This document shows, piece after piece, positions 1-13,639 of a DNA stretch of 64,000 nucleotides. Position numbers and translations under genes: made by a program. A model generated the notes under the pieces. That model ran no database searches. It was not told the origin of the DNA and was given only the letters and a program-made list of their open reading frames with translations. The stretch spans positions 1,550,001 through 1,614,000 of the forward strand of contig CATNEN010000012.1 of the NCBI GenBank assembly GCA_950097015.1. The letters run 5' to 3'. Numbering within the stretch: position 1 is the first letter of the stretch; each line of letters starts with the position of its first letter. This stretch comes from Macrostomum hystrix. Lineage: Eukaryota; Animalia; Platyhelminthes.

Positions 1-375
1 GCTGTCTCAAAAACTGGTGCTCAAACCAGTGCTACTCAAAATCTGCTGTCTCAAAAACTGGTGCTCAAACCAGTGCTACTCAAAATCTGCTGTCTCAAAA
101 ACTGGTGCTCAAACCAGTGCTACTCAAAATCTACTGTCTCAAAAACTGGTGCTCAAACCAGTGCTACTCAAAATCTACTGTCTCAAAAACTGGTGCTCAA
201 ACCAGTGCTACTCAAAATCTGCTGTCTCAAAAACTGGTGCTCAAACCAGTGCTACTCAAAATCTGCCGTCTCAAAAACTGGTGCTCAAACCAGTGCTACT
301 CAAAATCTGCTGTCTCAAAAACTGGTGCTCAAACCAGTGCTACTCGAAATCTGCTGTCTCAAAAACTGTGCTCAA
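1..375. repeat. 44-bp tandem repeat (about 8.5 copies, truncated by window start), in a PMCA intron
   Basis: Unit GCTGTCTCAAAAACTGGTGCTCAAACCAGTGCTACTCAAAATCT; explains ORFs 17..382, 61..468 and 105..386. Confidence 0.95.
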
Positions 376-516
376 ACTCTAAATAATCGCTATTTTAAAA
401 CCCCCTCACGCGAAATGAATGTTAGCTTACCAGACTTGGCGCGTGCTAAATCCTGGCCAGAAAATTAAGCAGTCTGAGCTTAATTTTCGACAAATTTCGG
501 TCACCACTCACTGCAG

Positions 517-3500
517 GCGCACTGGAGAAGAAGATTACAAAGAAGTACGGCGATTATCCGAAGCAGATTAGCGAAATGCTTTGCAAGGCAATTTCAATTA
601 ACAGCGGCTACACGTCCAGGATTTTGGTGAGCGAGGCTCAACTAGTTTATCCTCTCCTGTGTGTTTCCACAGCTCCCTAGCTTTCACACACTCTCGCCTC
701 AAGGGACTCGGCGGCTGGCTTGATTAATACTTATTCCCAATTCTTTGTGGCACCCCAAGAGTCTCTGCGGCGAAGGAATTATAGGGAAAATGCGATGAAA
801 GGGTGGGATGGAAAGGCGACCGATTAGTCCAACATCGCAAAGCAGAAATTTCCAGTCAATCTTAAATTTCGATTTGACAAGTAATAAGTAAAACCGAAAC
901 CTAATGGACAGGTGACTGGATTATCAAAGAATTGGAAAGCGAAAAATGCGGTTATGACTTTGTTTAATCATTGAAACGATTAGAAAGCTTGTCGAAATGT
1001 CGCTACAGTGACAAGGCTTACTTTTCACAAGGCTTAAATCTTAAAGCTACCAGAATCACCAGGCAGAAACACCCCAGAAACGATGCCCTGAAGCTACCAG
1101 AATCACCAGGCAGAAACACCCCAGAAACGATTCCCTGAAGCTACCAGAATCACCAGGCAGAAACACCCCAGAAACGATTGCCTGAAGCTACCAGAATCAC
1201 CAGGCAGAAACACCCCAGAAACGATTCCCTGAAGCTACCAGAATCACCAGGCAGAAACACACCAGAAACGATTCCCTGAAGCTACCAGAATCACCAGGCA
1301 GAAACACCCCAGAAACGATTCCCTGAAGCTACCAGAATCACCAGGCAGAAACACCCCAGAAACGATGCCCTGAAGCTACCAGAATCACCAGGCAGAAACA
1401 CCCCAGAAACGATTCCCTGAAGCTACCAGAATCACCAGGCAGAAACACACCAGAAACGATTCCCTGAAGCTACCAGAATCAACAGGCAGAAACACCCTAG
1501 AAACGATGCTCTGAAACTCCCACCTGCGCTCTGCAGCCCGCCGAGAAGGCAAACGAGTTCGCCAAGCAGGTTGGCAACAAGACCGAGTGCGCCCTGCTGG
1601 GGCTTGTTCTCGAGCTCGGTCGCAATTATGACGACTACCGACGCGACGTACCGGAGGAGGCCATCCACAAGATCTACACGTTTAACTCGGTGCGCAAGTC
1701 CATGACAACCGTCATCAAGCGGCCTGGAGGTGGCTATATCCTATTCTGCAAGGGCGCCTCCGAGATGGTCATGAGCAAGTGCGCTTTCATCCTTGACGCC
1801 CAGGGCCAGCCGAGGCAGTTCGGCAAGCCGGAGCAGGAGCAGATTGTCCGCCAGGTGATCGAACCGATGGCCTGCGACGGCCTGCGCACCATCGGCATCG
1901 CCTTCAAGGAGTTCGTGCCTCGCGGCTCCGGCCAGCTCGGGCCCAACGAGGTTCCACTGGATGGCGAACCGGACTGGGATAACGAGGAGCAGGTAAATTG
2001 GGACATCCGCACGTGATTCCAAAGTTAGTTATCGAAATACGAGTAAAACATCAAGACTAATTCAAGCGGAAACCGAGGTACCTCAGCTCGACTCCGCGGC
2101 GAGGCCACATTCATTTCGGGCGCAGCCGCGGAGAGAAGGCTTGGATGATTTGTCGTGCGATTTACGTCCTTGAGGGCCAACCTCCAAGGCACAGTGAAGT
2201 GTACACTGCCTGATGATGGAAAGTCAGAACAGATGTACACACCTGTGTGAGCGTGTGCCTGAGTACGGTATCTGTGTGCGTGTGTGCTCAGGAGTCAGCG
2301 AAATAGGCAGAATTTGCATCCTCGCTGGCTGCGGGTCTAGTGTCGCCAAATCATGTGCTATGTGTCATTGCCCTCCTGCAAATTATTAATACTATTATTC
2401 TTATTATTATTACGCGGAAACCAATGATGAAACTGGTGCTGCATTCAGTTGATCTTATTTAAAGATTAGCTGCATGTGATTCAGAAATAATCGAAAACAT
2501 TCTCACGTAGACGGTTCCTACAAGAGTTTTCTGTAATCCGAACCCATTGTCCAGATTGTTTCCCGGCTTACCTGCATCGGTGTGATCGGCATTGAGGACC
2601 CGGTGCGTCCGGAGGTGCCAGCCGCCATCCGGAAGTGCCAGAACGCCGGAATCTGCGTGCGCATGGTCACCGGAGACAATGTGAACACGGCCAGGTCCAT
2701 TGCCACCAAGTGTGGCATTCTGAAGCCCGGCGACAACTTCCTGGTACTCGAGGGCAAAGATTTCAACAAGCGAATTCGCGATCCCAACACTGGACAGGTG
2801 AGAAATCGATGCAACTGTAATCGCTGACAAATATGCGACTATGTCGTGAAACCATAACTAGAAATTTTCCTATTAACTACCATAGGTGACACAGGAACGT
2901 TTCGACCAGGTGTGGCCACGTCTGCGCGTGCTGGCCCGCTCTTCGCCGCAGGACAAGTACACTCTTGTGTCTGGCATCATCGCCTCAAAAATCTCCGCCG
3001 GTCGCGAGGTTGTTGCGGTAACTGGCGATGGCACCAACGATGGGCCGGCTCTTAAGAAGGCTGACGTCGGCTTCGCCATGGGCATCCAAGGCACCGATGT
3101 TGCCAAAGAGGCCTCCGACATCATCCTGACTGATGATAACTTCTCCAGCATTGTGAAGGCTGTCATGTGGGGCCGCAATGTGTACGATTCCATCTCGAAG
3201 TTCCTGCAGTTCCAGCTCACTGTTAACGTTGTCGCCGTCGTTGTGGCCGTCTTTAGCGCCTGCGTCATCTCGGTGAGTTGAAAGCTTGGTACACAGTCTG
3301 TGTTTGTAGATGAATCGTTTTTAAATAGGCTGTTTGAAACTCTTCAGAGCAGACTCTCTGAGTATCGAATGTGGGGGGGGGGTTACTTGCTTGTCTTCTA
3401 CGAGCCGTAATATACAAAAACGCTATGCGGTTTTGTGGCATCCAGGACACACCGCTGCGAGCCATCCAGATGCTGTGGGTAAACCTCATCATGGACACCC

Positions 3501-4875
3501 TAGCCTCCCTGGCCCTTGCCACCGAGCTGCCCAGCGACGAGCTGCTTGAACGCAAGCCGTACGGCCGCACTAAGCCACTCATCGATACCACCATGCTGAG
3601 GAACATTGTGGGCAACGCGTTGTACCAGCTGGTCATCACATTCTCTCTCCTGTTCTTCGGTAAGACAGTCGCTTTAAGCTTCTGGTTTCGAAACGTTAGA
3701 GTGAGGATTTTTTACTGCTTGAACACTTGCTAAGAAGCAGGACTACCAAGCCATTTTGCCGCCTGTTTTAAACCAAGGGGGTTCTTCCTGACAATTAGTT
3801 GTGTTGCACCCATGTGTGTTCCCATACCCCTATGCCCACGAATTCGCACTGCGCCTCAGTGCGCCCTTGCCAGGCCTTCAAGTTTTATCGGCACGTCATC
3901 CGAATGTGTCTGCGTCATCACATTTATCTAGACGGAGCGGCTGGACCTTCAACAAGCAAAAGTTGAGTTTAGGCCATTATAGAGGCTTGATCAGCGAAGG
4001 TAGAAAAATTCGCTTTAGGGACTCCATAGCCAGCCCAATCTTGACGGTCTGAAGGGCTGGCAACTTGATTATTGTTTCAGAAGATGCGCAACAGAAAGAT
4101 GGCCCGTGTTCTTGAGTTTCGTGTGCTTGGGTGGTTCCCTAGGGTACTGTTAATGCATAAAGTGACGGAGAAACAACCCGCGCCATCCGCAGGTGACAAA
4201 ATGATTGACACGCCCATCGAGATTGGCAGCCGGGTGCCGACTGAGCACTTCACGGCCATCTTTAACGCATTCGTCCTCATGACGCTGTTCAACGAGATTA
4301 ACGCTAGGAAGATTCACGACCAGCGCAACATCTTCTCTGGCCTGCAGCGCAACCTCCTGTTTGTGCTCATCTGGATCACCACCTTTGTTCTGCAGGTGGG
4401 TTTCCCGGGCAAAAATAAATGTTTTTTTATTATTTCAAACTTTACAGTAGCACTGAGAGACATCCTGGACATTGCCAGATCCTGATTGTCCAGTACGGTG
4501 GCATGGTGTTCCGCACCCGCGGCCTTGAGCTGAGCCACTGGATGTGGTGCCTCTGCTTCGGCGTTGGAACTCTTGTCTGGCATCAGGTAAGGATGCTGTG
4601 TCCCACTATAACTGCTGTTGCGCTAATTTTGCTCTCCGATCAGCCATCAATCTGTACCCGCTGTTCCTTCGGCCCCTGCGCAGTTGGTCATCACGATACC
4701 GATCTCAATCCTGCCCTCCTGCCTGGAGATTGGCGGCAGCACCGAGCAGGAGATTGAGCAGATTCTGGAGGAGGAGCAGTATGACCAGATGGCTTCGCTC
4801 ACCGACGTTGAGGCTGACATCAACAAGAAGGGCCAGGTGCTGTGGATCCGAGGTCTGGCTAGGCTGCAGACCCAG
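517..4875 (+). CDS. PMCA: Plasma-membrane Ca2+-ATPase (P2B), constitutive 3' exons; 5' part lies upstream of the window
   Basis: Exons 517-626, 1537-1992, 2555-2797, 2886-3272, 3446-3659, 4193-4395, 4479-4586 and 4684-4875 are all GT-AG and phase-compatible. Motifs: [106 protein letters not shown], and the first half of the CaM-binding domain [15 protein letters not shown]. Confidence 0.97.
1044..1515. repeat. 47-bp tandem repeat (about 10 copies) in PMCA intron 627-1536
   Basis: Unit AAGCTACCAGAATCACCAGGCAGAAACACCCCAGAAACGATKCCCTG; ends about 20 bp before the acceptor. Confidence 0.95.
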
Positions 4876-7800
4876 GTAAGCCCACCAGTCTCCAAATTTG
4901 CGCATACCTCTCGCTTGCTCATCGCCTTGATATTCATTCTTGAGAATTGAATATTCAGTAAATATTTGACAAAACTATTATAGTTGGATTGATTTTTTGT
5001 ATGGCCAACGTGTTCCAATAGGAGAGTTTGGTAGACTGATTAGTGACAAATATCCAGGTACTGGCTGACTGCTTTGTATTAGAAATGTGTGTGTTTGTTT
5101 CCCTCCTACTGAGCAGTGAGCGGCGGCGCGTTGGTAGAGTTTCCTGTTGGTGAGGCCTGCTCTGCTGAACTCAGAAAAAGATGCATTGAAAGCATAGAAG
5201 CCTATGCGAGCCAAGGCCTGTCTCATCACCGTCATCACTCAACAGTCGATGCTGGAACAATGACGTGAAAAATTAGCAGAAACCGGATTCAGGATAAGCA
5301 GCTTCAGCCTTCATCCATTACTATTAAGGGAACGCGAATTTAAAATTCAGATCCAATTTGGGCCGCGCATGAGAAACGGAATAGGAAAGAAAGAAGTGGC
5401 GCGGGAAAGCTGCCCTGTTGTAGCTGGCCGCCGCGGTCCTCTATCAGCCTTTTTCCTGTCGCCAATATTACTCGCTGCCAATCAATGCGACAAAATTGTC
5501 AATTCCACGATTTGCAGCCACTTTCACCGGCCCAGTTGGCCGCTGTGAGACGCTTCGGCCTCTCCGGCCTGGCCACAATGACTAAGCTTTGCCGCGAAAT
5601 TAAGGTTGCTCTGGGGCTCAGGGAGGGTTTAGAAATAGTTATATTGCCTGCACACTGCGCGTTACACACTACTGCTCAGTAGGAAGGGAAACTTTTGCAT
5701 CTAATCTTCTGGAAAATATGGTCCTCTATTTGTTGACGCTACTGGTTGTCTGCTGGTTTCCATTCGGTGATGGCTGCTACAGCTCGCCTAAAATTATTTA
5801 ATACGTCTATTACACTTGCCTTAAAAATCATAAACTTTTTTTCAAGTATATTAACAATAAAAAAGCAAACACGATAAAAATACTGACTCGAGTGCAAGCT
5901 ATAGGACAAATAATCTCAGACGCTAAACTCACCCATGAGTGCTTATAATGTAATCAATGGAATAACAGCCAGAATTTGTCTTTCATATTAATCAGACTTG
6001 TCTAATAATTATACTACTGTGTCTTTGTTGCGTCGCTTCGCTCGTTAACTCCATACTTTGTTGCTTATTTGGACTTTTTGTTTCTAAAGAAAGCTTCCGA
6101 AAGCATACCACTCGATGTATCGTGACGGTCTGTCGTTTTTTTATTTATTATAGCCAGCTTTCCGTGCATTTAGTTCATTCAATGTCTTCTCAATTGCTTT
6201 AAGACTAATTTTCCTCCATTTCAATAGCTTGACACCCCAGTACTGCTAATGTGTAGTTGTCATAATCCATCTTGGCTTGTATTTAAGAGATGGGACATGG
6301 TTAGTGTCAGAATCTCGCATGATCCAATCGCTATAATATTCCCTGTTGTGCCTCGCTGTTGTTTTCTTCTGTGGGCAAAGTTCATTGTACGAGTAATAGC
6401 AACTACCAACTCGTACTACCAACATACTAGATTTTAGGTGATTCCAATCTTTAGTACCACTGCTTAGACCAAACTATTAGTTGCATCCTGAAGCGTATGT
6501 CTAGACCTGTACACACACACACAGTGTTAGGTACGGAATAATGAGTACACCCAGTGACAGTGAGCGAGCGTGTTCATTGGTCTAAAGTACTTTCTTCAGT
6601 CAATTTGCATTGCGCTCAGCGGGTTACATTTATTGTTTTGCCGCATGAATTCGACGAAAAAACGTCATTACTATATAAGCTGGGCTGCCGGCAGCGGAAA
6701 AGTACATTATCGGAGGAGTCCATGGCATCCGGCATGAGAAATTGTCTTCTCATAGATTGTGGAACTTTGGTCTCACTGTGCCTTGAAAACGTAAGCCATT
6801 CTGCAATAACTTTGATTTTTGTTCTATTTTATCATCTTTTAAACTATAGAAACATGCTTGATTTTACTTTACAAGGAAAATAAAATTAATATAACAATTG
6901 GTTGCTTACTGCTTACTGGAAACTTTAGATTATATATATTATCAGTGAAATTGGTGAGTCACCCTGTTGGAATTTTAGCACAGTGCCGCACACAGTGCTA
7001 CGCATATGTACATTGGCGGCCAACCCAAAAAATCTCTACCCCCCACAATGTACATTGAGCGTCACGCCCTCTTGGCCCGAAAATTAGTCGGGGTGGCTTG
7101 CACTCTTATTCTGTTCTTATTTCCTATTCCCTGGAACATGGAAAGGGTTATGGTTAAGTTTTACACATCGATAAGACTTGATTTTGAATTTTGGTCCCTT
7201 CTACCATCAGTGACATCAGCTCTATACATCTCTTTAATAGTCTACAGGCTCATATTAGTTTAGAAAATCGATCAAGCTAGAAAATATGTGGGTACAGATT
7301 CATCCTGTATTCCTGTACTATATACACAATAATATATAATCTCTCCAGTTATAATGTTGTATAACTATTATATTATAATTAGCGCATGTTTACAAACAAT
7401 TTGATTTTTGCCGCTTCAACAGTGCCTTATCACTATTATTTTATTAAATATTAATTTAGCCTCGCTTCTCTCTTTCAGTTAATGAAATTACTTTATTTGA
7501 ACTAACCTACACATTCAGCTGTAGTTTTAGTTAACTAATAATGATAAACTAATTGATCAATATAGAAATCAATTTTTTGGTGCGAAATCTTGCATCGAGT
7601 CTAGTTTCAATAGAAGCGAAAAAAACTTTCATCTACCTACTTATGATTAGCACCTGTGGTGGGCATAGTTAAAACCAGTGCACTCCGTTATTATAATGTA
7701 ATTAAATTACATTAAGCGTTTAACGTTTTCTTTGACGTCATTAATTTCACAAAGTTGCTAAACAAATAAGATAAGTTTTGCACAGATCCGGTGGGTTGTC

Positions 7801-8149
7801 AACCAAAGTTGATCGCTAATCGTAAAAAAAGAACAAAAAATATTGTTTACTTTGTTAATAACGGAATAACTTTTTATGCCCACCACTGGCTTGCAAATGT
7901 TATATATTTTAAGCTAAAATGCACATTTGCATAGCTGGATGACTAGAATAATGCGCTCGCTTACAACTCCCACTCGGTTCAGTCTCACAACGCGCCATCG
8001 CACATTGACAATAATCACACAAGATGAAATTTTAAATTAGTAATTTCACTTATCATCATCATTATTTGTTTATCTGATCTTATACTTGTCAACTTCAAGA
8101 AGCTCGAGATATGCTACTTATAAGAATATGACGTCATTAGTGAACTAAG

Positions 8150-8262
8150 TAAAAGAAGTAAAATAAGTAAGTAAATAAAAAAAATAAAAGAAATAAAATA
8201 AAAATAAATATATAAATAAATAAATAAATAAATAAATAAAATAAATAAGTAAAATAATCAAA
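8150..8262. repeat. AT-rich (TAAA)n microsatellite
   Basis: Direct reading. Confidence 0.8.
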
Positions 8263-8845
8263 ATAGCTTAAAACAAAGAGAACATGTTTTCTTTTTGTGT
8301 TAGATAGGGCTAGGTTTTGGTAAAAAGGAAAAAAATCCACTCATACTACTCAAATTCTGTAGGGTGTGTGCGAGATGCAAGTGTTAGGTACAAGAAATAT
8401 GCAACCGACTACAAATTTTCGTTATTAAATATATATTTACTATTCGATCTCTTGCTTCTAATTTAGTTCTGTTGATGTCGACAATTCGAGTCGCTATTTT
8501 TGCCCTAACGGCTTTTCATATTTTTGTAATATTACATACGGTAGTTACATACTACTTAACAAGAGAAAGCCTCGCTTACGCTCGGCTTCCTCTTGTTCGT
8601 TACTGGCTCACTCATCTCAACTAGATATTTTTTACATTTAGCCCATTTTTAATTAACTAAATTTAGATAGACATACTGCACTAATGATATTCTTAATTCA
8701 AAGCCACACTGAATGCCAAACTAATAACTAAATTATTTTATATATTTTCTGTTCACATCGGAATGCAATTAAACTGCGATCAGAGACTAGTTCATATTAC
8801 TATTATTACTCCCTGAATGTTTCTTATAAGTCTTTATTTACGCCA

Positions 8846-9156
8846 ATGAGCGAGCCAATGAGCGAGCTAATGAGCAAGCTAATGAGCAAGCTAATGAGCG
8901 AGCTAATGAGCGAGCCAATGAGCGAGCTAATGAGCAAGCTAATGAGCAAGCTAATGAGCAAGCTAATGAGCAAGCTAATGAGCAAGCTAATGAGCAAGCT
9001 AATGAACAAGCTAATGAGCAAGCTAATGAGCAAGCTAATGAGCAAGCTAATGAGCAAGCTAACGAGCAAGCTAATGAGCAAGCTAATGACCAAGCAAATG
9101 AGCAAGCTAATGAGCAAGCTAATGAGCAAGCTAGCTAGCGAGCCAATGAGCGAGCT
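8846..9156. repeat. 12-bp tandem repeat (about 26 copies)
   Basis: Unit GCTAATGAGCAA; explains the MSKL and LISL ORFs. Confidence 0.95.
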
Positions 9157-9283
9157 ATAGAAATTAGATCTCTGTCTATCCGATGAGTTCGTGAAACAAT
9201 TCAAACCGAAAATCCTCAGTCGTGTTCCACATCGCTCTCCCTCCCCTCCCTTCGCCTTCCATTTTCATCCTCGCTCCGCTCAG

Positions 9284-9448
9284 CGCCGACGCGCCGACGA
9301 GCTCCGCTCCATCGATCCCTGGATGGTGTCGGCGCTGAGGAAGATCGAGGAGCGTCGTATGACGGTGGTCGGAGTCGGCGGAGGCAGCCAAGTGGCTGGA
9401 CCACCCAGCACAAACAGTAGCGATAGGCTGCTCAACAGTCGCTCTTCT

Positions 9449-9488
<40 letters not shown>

Positions 9489-9538
9489 CCCAGCTTAACG
9501 AGGAGGAAGAAGAGGAATCTCAAAAGAAAGACAATTAA
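9284..9538 (+). CDS. PMCA: Candidate PMCA alternative terminal exon 1 (RRRADELRSIDPWMVSALRKIEERR...QKKDN*)
   Basis: Long pyrimidine tract ending CTCAG at 9283. Phase 0 matches the donor at 4876. GC-rich open frame with polyQ, stop at 9538. No recognisable homology. Confidence 0.6.
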
Positions 9539-10824
9539 AGAAAACAATTACAGCTAGGACGGAAAATTAATTTATCGATAGACTAGGCCAGGTCTATTAA
9601 TTTACAAATCGTAACATTTTTCTAAGTTTAACCAGTGTAATTTAGAAATGCACACAATTTTTAAGTCCGAAGCATAAGTTTTCGTTGAAAAAGCCTTCAA
9701 ATCTAACTCATCTTTATAAATATTAGCTTGGGCAACTGTCTTGTGTATATTTATATACTCTATCACATTATCGCTAATTCGGCCGTATTTTATCCAACTA
9801 TTCTACTCGTCAGTAGTGCTTTAGCAGCAGATTCCCTTGTTTAGCTTGATGGATAAAACGAAAATTATTTTACTCGATGTTGTGGGCTGAAGTACTCATC
9901 ATAATCCCCATCATTATTAAACCGTAACGCGGATCAGTGTGGGGAAGCATTGTCGTTGTGGCGTTCTTAAAATTCGTGTATTCTATTACACAGGGTGTCT
10001 ATCTAGTAGATTTTATTTCATCATCATTAGTTTTTGCATGCTTTATAAACAGTTTACCTTACAATCGCTTTATTAAACAATCTAAGACACCACAATGGAC
10101 ACTTAATTTTCTCATATACTGTAACAGTCAAATTAAAAAAAATTATTTTATTTTTATAGTTAATTTGTATTCTAAGGATCATTAACTTATTGACAACTTT
10201 CTGTTAGCTCTTAAGATATATATATTGTTATTCTTATATTTTGAGTGTCACGTTTTTTTCTATTTGCAGTTTTTCTGTGTTTTAGTTTTAACAATAATCT
10301 AAAAAAGGCTTTTTTTTAATTACTAATAACAGCGATTCATTAAAAAACAGTTATAAACACAAATAATTGCTTTTAAACTAAAAGCAATTATTATTATATC
10401 GCAACATCAAATTATTGCTTTTCATATTTTCATTTTCGTGAAATCCTGAAAAACAAGAAACAATTTATTAGTGAAATAGTAAAATTATGAACGGTTGCTG
10501 CCGCAATTTTTCCGCGTCGGTTTCCTTGTTTCTCTACTTTGCATGATTTCTCCATAATTGTTTGTTTAAAACAATTATCCGAGTCGCTACGATGAATCTT
10601 ACGGAAAAATTTAATTTAATTTAAGTGAATCAACTAAAAATCAACTCCGGGCTTTTTGATGTCCTAAAGCAAGATAACAGCTAAGCTTAATTAGAAAGCG
10701 ATAGCATTTTATTGGAACACGTTGGCCAGTCGTGCGAGCTTGTCTGTTGTCAAATATTTTATAAAACGCGCCTTAACTCCATCTCCCACCCATTCTCAAC
10801 TCAAACCCTGCTACTTACTCACAG

Positions 10825-10833
10825 ATGCAAACG
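10825..10833 (+). CDS. PMCA: Candidate 9-nt PMCA microexon (MQT)
   Basis: CTACTTACTCACAG|ATGCAAACG|GTAAGT; phase 0-0; consensus donor. Confidence 0.4.
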
Positions 10834-11629
10834 GTAAGTAGTTGGCTGCAGGTCCGGAGATTGCGACAGAACTCTTTTTTCCTCTTTTTTTTCTATACAA
10901 TAAATGTGTATATATATATTTCTATTTTAGTGAAATCAGTTAAACTTGCTAATTATACTACTTATCACCCTATCGTCTGTCATTTAACGTCTCTTCTCAG
11001 ACACTGTCCTCTTTCTCTCTCTGTCCGGTCACGGCGTTTAAAGACTTTATGTTCTTATGGTTTACTTTTTGTTTTGTAGTCCATGCATTTATGATAGTGC
11101 AAGAATGGATTATTTTATTAATTAAATTCCTTTACAAAAGCATATTTGAAAGTTAACACCGCTTGTTTCCGGTATTTTGTTAGACACAAAAACACTATAT
11201 TAAATTCCTATTAGTTTACTTAGCTCTACAATTTTACTTTGCTATTGCTAGTGCAGTTATGCACATTATTGTGGTGCCGTTTGCTTATAATATTTGTTAA
11301 TTTGAATTCAATACTAGATCGTACTTATTACTACTCATGGTGTGCCAATCACATGCAGCATGTCTAACGAAGCAAAGCAGTCGTTTTTTTTGTTTGAATT
11401 AATAGCTATGTGAATCCCCCTATATACAGAGCATATTAACAAATATCTAACTTTAGTTATGAAACATTTATTGCTCTTATTTGATCAATAGTAATAGCTA
11501 TGCTTTGGATTTCCCCGCTATACTCGCTTGGCATCTTATTGCTTGCAGCAGCCAAACTCAGAGATTTCATTAGTCTGTGCAAACTAGCAAGTCTAGTACA
11601 TAAAGGTGAATTGTCAGTCTGACACAATT

Positions 11630-11910
11630 TGCTGACCTTCTCTTCTCACCCTTCTCAACATTCTCACCTTTTTCACCCTTCTCAAACTTCTCTCCCTTCT
11701 CTCCTTTCTCACCCTTCTCAAACTTCTCTCCCTCCTCACCTTTCTCACCTTTCTCTTCTCACTTTCCACACCTTTATCTTCGCACCCTTCACACCTTTCT
11801 CTTCTCAACCTTTTTACCATTCACACCATTCTACGAGCTCGTATTCTCACCCTTCTCACCTTTCACACCTTTCCATTCTCACCCTCAGCCTATACTTTCT
11901 CACGCTTCTC
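11630..11910. repeat. CT-rich low-complexity or degenerate repeat
   Basis: Recurrent TTCTCACCCTTCTCA-like units. Confidence 0.8.
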
Positions 11911-12539
11911 TCTTCACTTTTTACATCATCATTAAAATACCAGAAATTTCTCGACGACAGCAAACTTTTCTTGGCATGCTGACGTGCTTTTCAACTTGAA
12001 TACAAACTTAATTATTACACATTTACCATTTTATTTGCTTATTTAATTATATTGTTTTGTTAGCAAGCAACTATTGTGCGCCACTTTATTCTAAAGTAGA
12101 CTCTTTATGATTACAATAATGAAACGAAGTTACCGATTCGAGGGAAGAGTGCATTTAACTGTTTAGTGTTTCGCATGCGTCCAAGGTATTTTAGATTTCA
12201 GAGCTGAGTCAATCTAATAGTATTATTAGCACATATTTTGTTAGTCCCAAGTCTAGAATTGCTTCCTGTTGCGTTTGGCGCACACCAATTATTAAAACAA
12301 AAAGTAGTTTTTTTCTCTGCCTCGATTTCTGTGCTCACGAACACAAAAGGCCATCAACACACGCGCCAACGAATTCACCAGCACAGAAACACCAAAAGAA
12401 CACAGAAGGTCACACAGTGTCTCCTCTATTTTCTTTTCATTTATTATTTATTTTGTCCCCGAACCCCCAAATCAGCTTTGGTGGCCGAATTCATTCTCCC
12501 CGCCATGCCCGTTCTCTCATTCTCATTGAATTCCTGAAG

Positions 12540-13043
12540 CTGCGCGTGGTTCGCGCCTTCAAGAGCACCTTGGAGGACCTCGAGGATCGTCGGGACTTCA
12601 TCGAGCTGCGCCGGCAGCGCCAGATGCTGCTTTACCGCCGTTCCAACACGCATCCGAGGCCCATGACGCGATTCGCGTCCGCCGACGATGCCGCCGCCTG
12701 CGGCAGCAGCGGCAGCGGCAGCGGCTGCGGCGACGGCGACGCTGTAATTGGACCCGCCGCCGCCGGCTTTGCTGCCGCAGATTTCAGCGGATCGTCGGCG
12801 ACGGTGGCCACAGCCGTCGCAGGGGGAGGGCTAGTGCTAGGAGGAGGCGGCGGAGGGGGAGCTGTGGTCTTCCGCGCGCATGCCCAAGTAGGCGGAAAGA
12901 GTCACTCCATTGACTGGGTGGGCCCTCTTGGCGGCGGTCACGTGACTGGCAGTGGTGGCGGAGCTGGTCAGCAGCTGCTGCTTGCCGCGGGTTCCAGCAC
13001 CAGCGGCGCCTCTATAGCCGAGGAGGAGCCGCCGGCTCTGTGA
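12540..13043 (+). CDS. PMCA: PMCA alternative terminal exon 2 (LRVVRAFKSTLEDLEDRR...EEEPPAL*)
   Basis: Acceptor TTCCTGAAG at 12539, phase 0. LRVVRAFK completes a CaM-binding helix after LQTQ. Stop at 13043. Confidence 0.88.
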   Translation: MRVVRAFKSTLEDLEDRRDFIELRRQRQMLLYRRSNTHPRPMTRFASADDAAACGSSGSGSGCGDGDAVIGPAAAGFAAADFSGSSATVATAVAGGGLVLGGGGGGGAVVFRAHAQVGGKSHSIDWVGPLGGGHVTGSGGGAGQQLLLAAGSSTSGASIAEEEPPAL

Positions 13044-13639
13044 CTGCATGGGAAAAGTCTCTTAACTCCCCAGATAAATTTCCACTGGCCTAATAGTAAT
13101 CCTCTTATTTCACTCTAATAGTAGGTTCGCATATTATGTCGCACCTATCAAATATTGTTCTTGAAAAAGATTCACCAATTTCCTGTCTGATTTGAATGTC
13201 CACCGATGTTGTGTCTCTCACGTTCATCTTCTTGCTTTCCTCTTCGCTGGCTTACCCCCGTTGTTTCTTTCTGAACCAGCCAACATGCCAGCCACCTGAC
13301 AGCCAGCCGAAACTGAAATAAGCCCCCCCAGTCAATGTTTGCCTCTCCCGCGTTAGGCGAGGGATTTGAGTGCTGGAAAAGTATGCCGCAAGGATAAGGA
13401 ATTTCCGCGCACGCCATCAGCCGAATGTGCAGAGTGACAGCACTTCAAGAGTGAGGCCCGCCCGCCAGCACAAGCCGTCTTTTTTTCCCAAAGTAATATT
13501 CGTCTCACCTAACCCAACGCTTGTCTTGTCTTGTCCGAATATCATCGTTCGTCTTGTACCGAAATCCACTGTTTTGCTATTTTGCACGACGACATTTTTA
13601 CGATGCAATAAACTATTTTCCCACGTCGGACCAGCAGCC

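Noticed and set aside
1432-4905. Minus-strand ORFs over PMCA exons, and similar shadows over SBF, NELF-A and Helitron exons
   Set aside because: Antisense or off-frame shadows of GC-rich coding exons with no independent motifs.
6946-6953. Possible 8-nt stop-containing microexon AG|TGAAATTG|GTGAGT in the PMCA site-C intron
   Set aside because: Poor AT-rich acceptor tract, non-triplet length and no supporting homology; plausible by chance.
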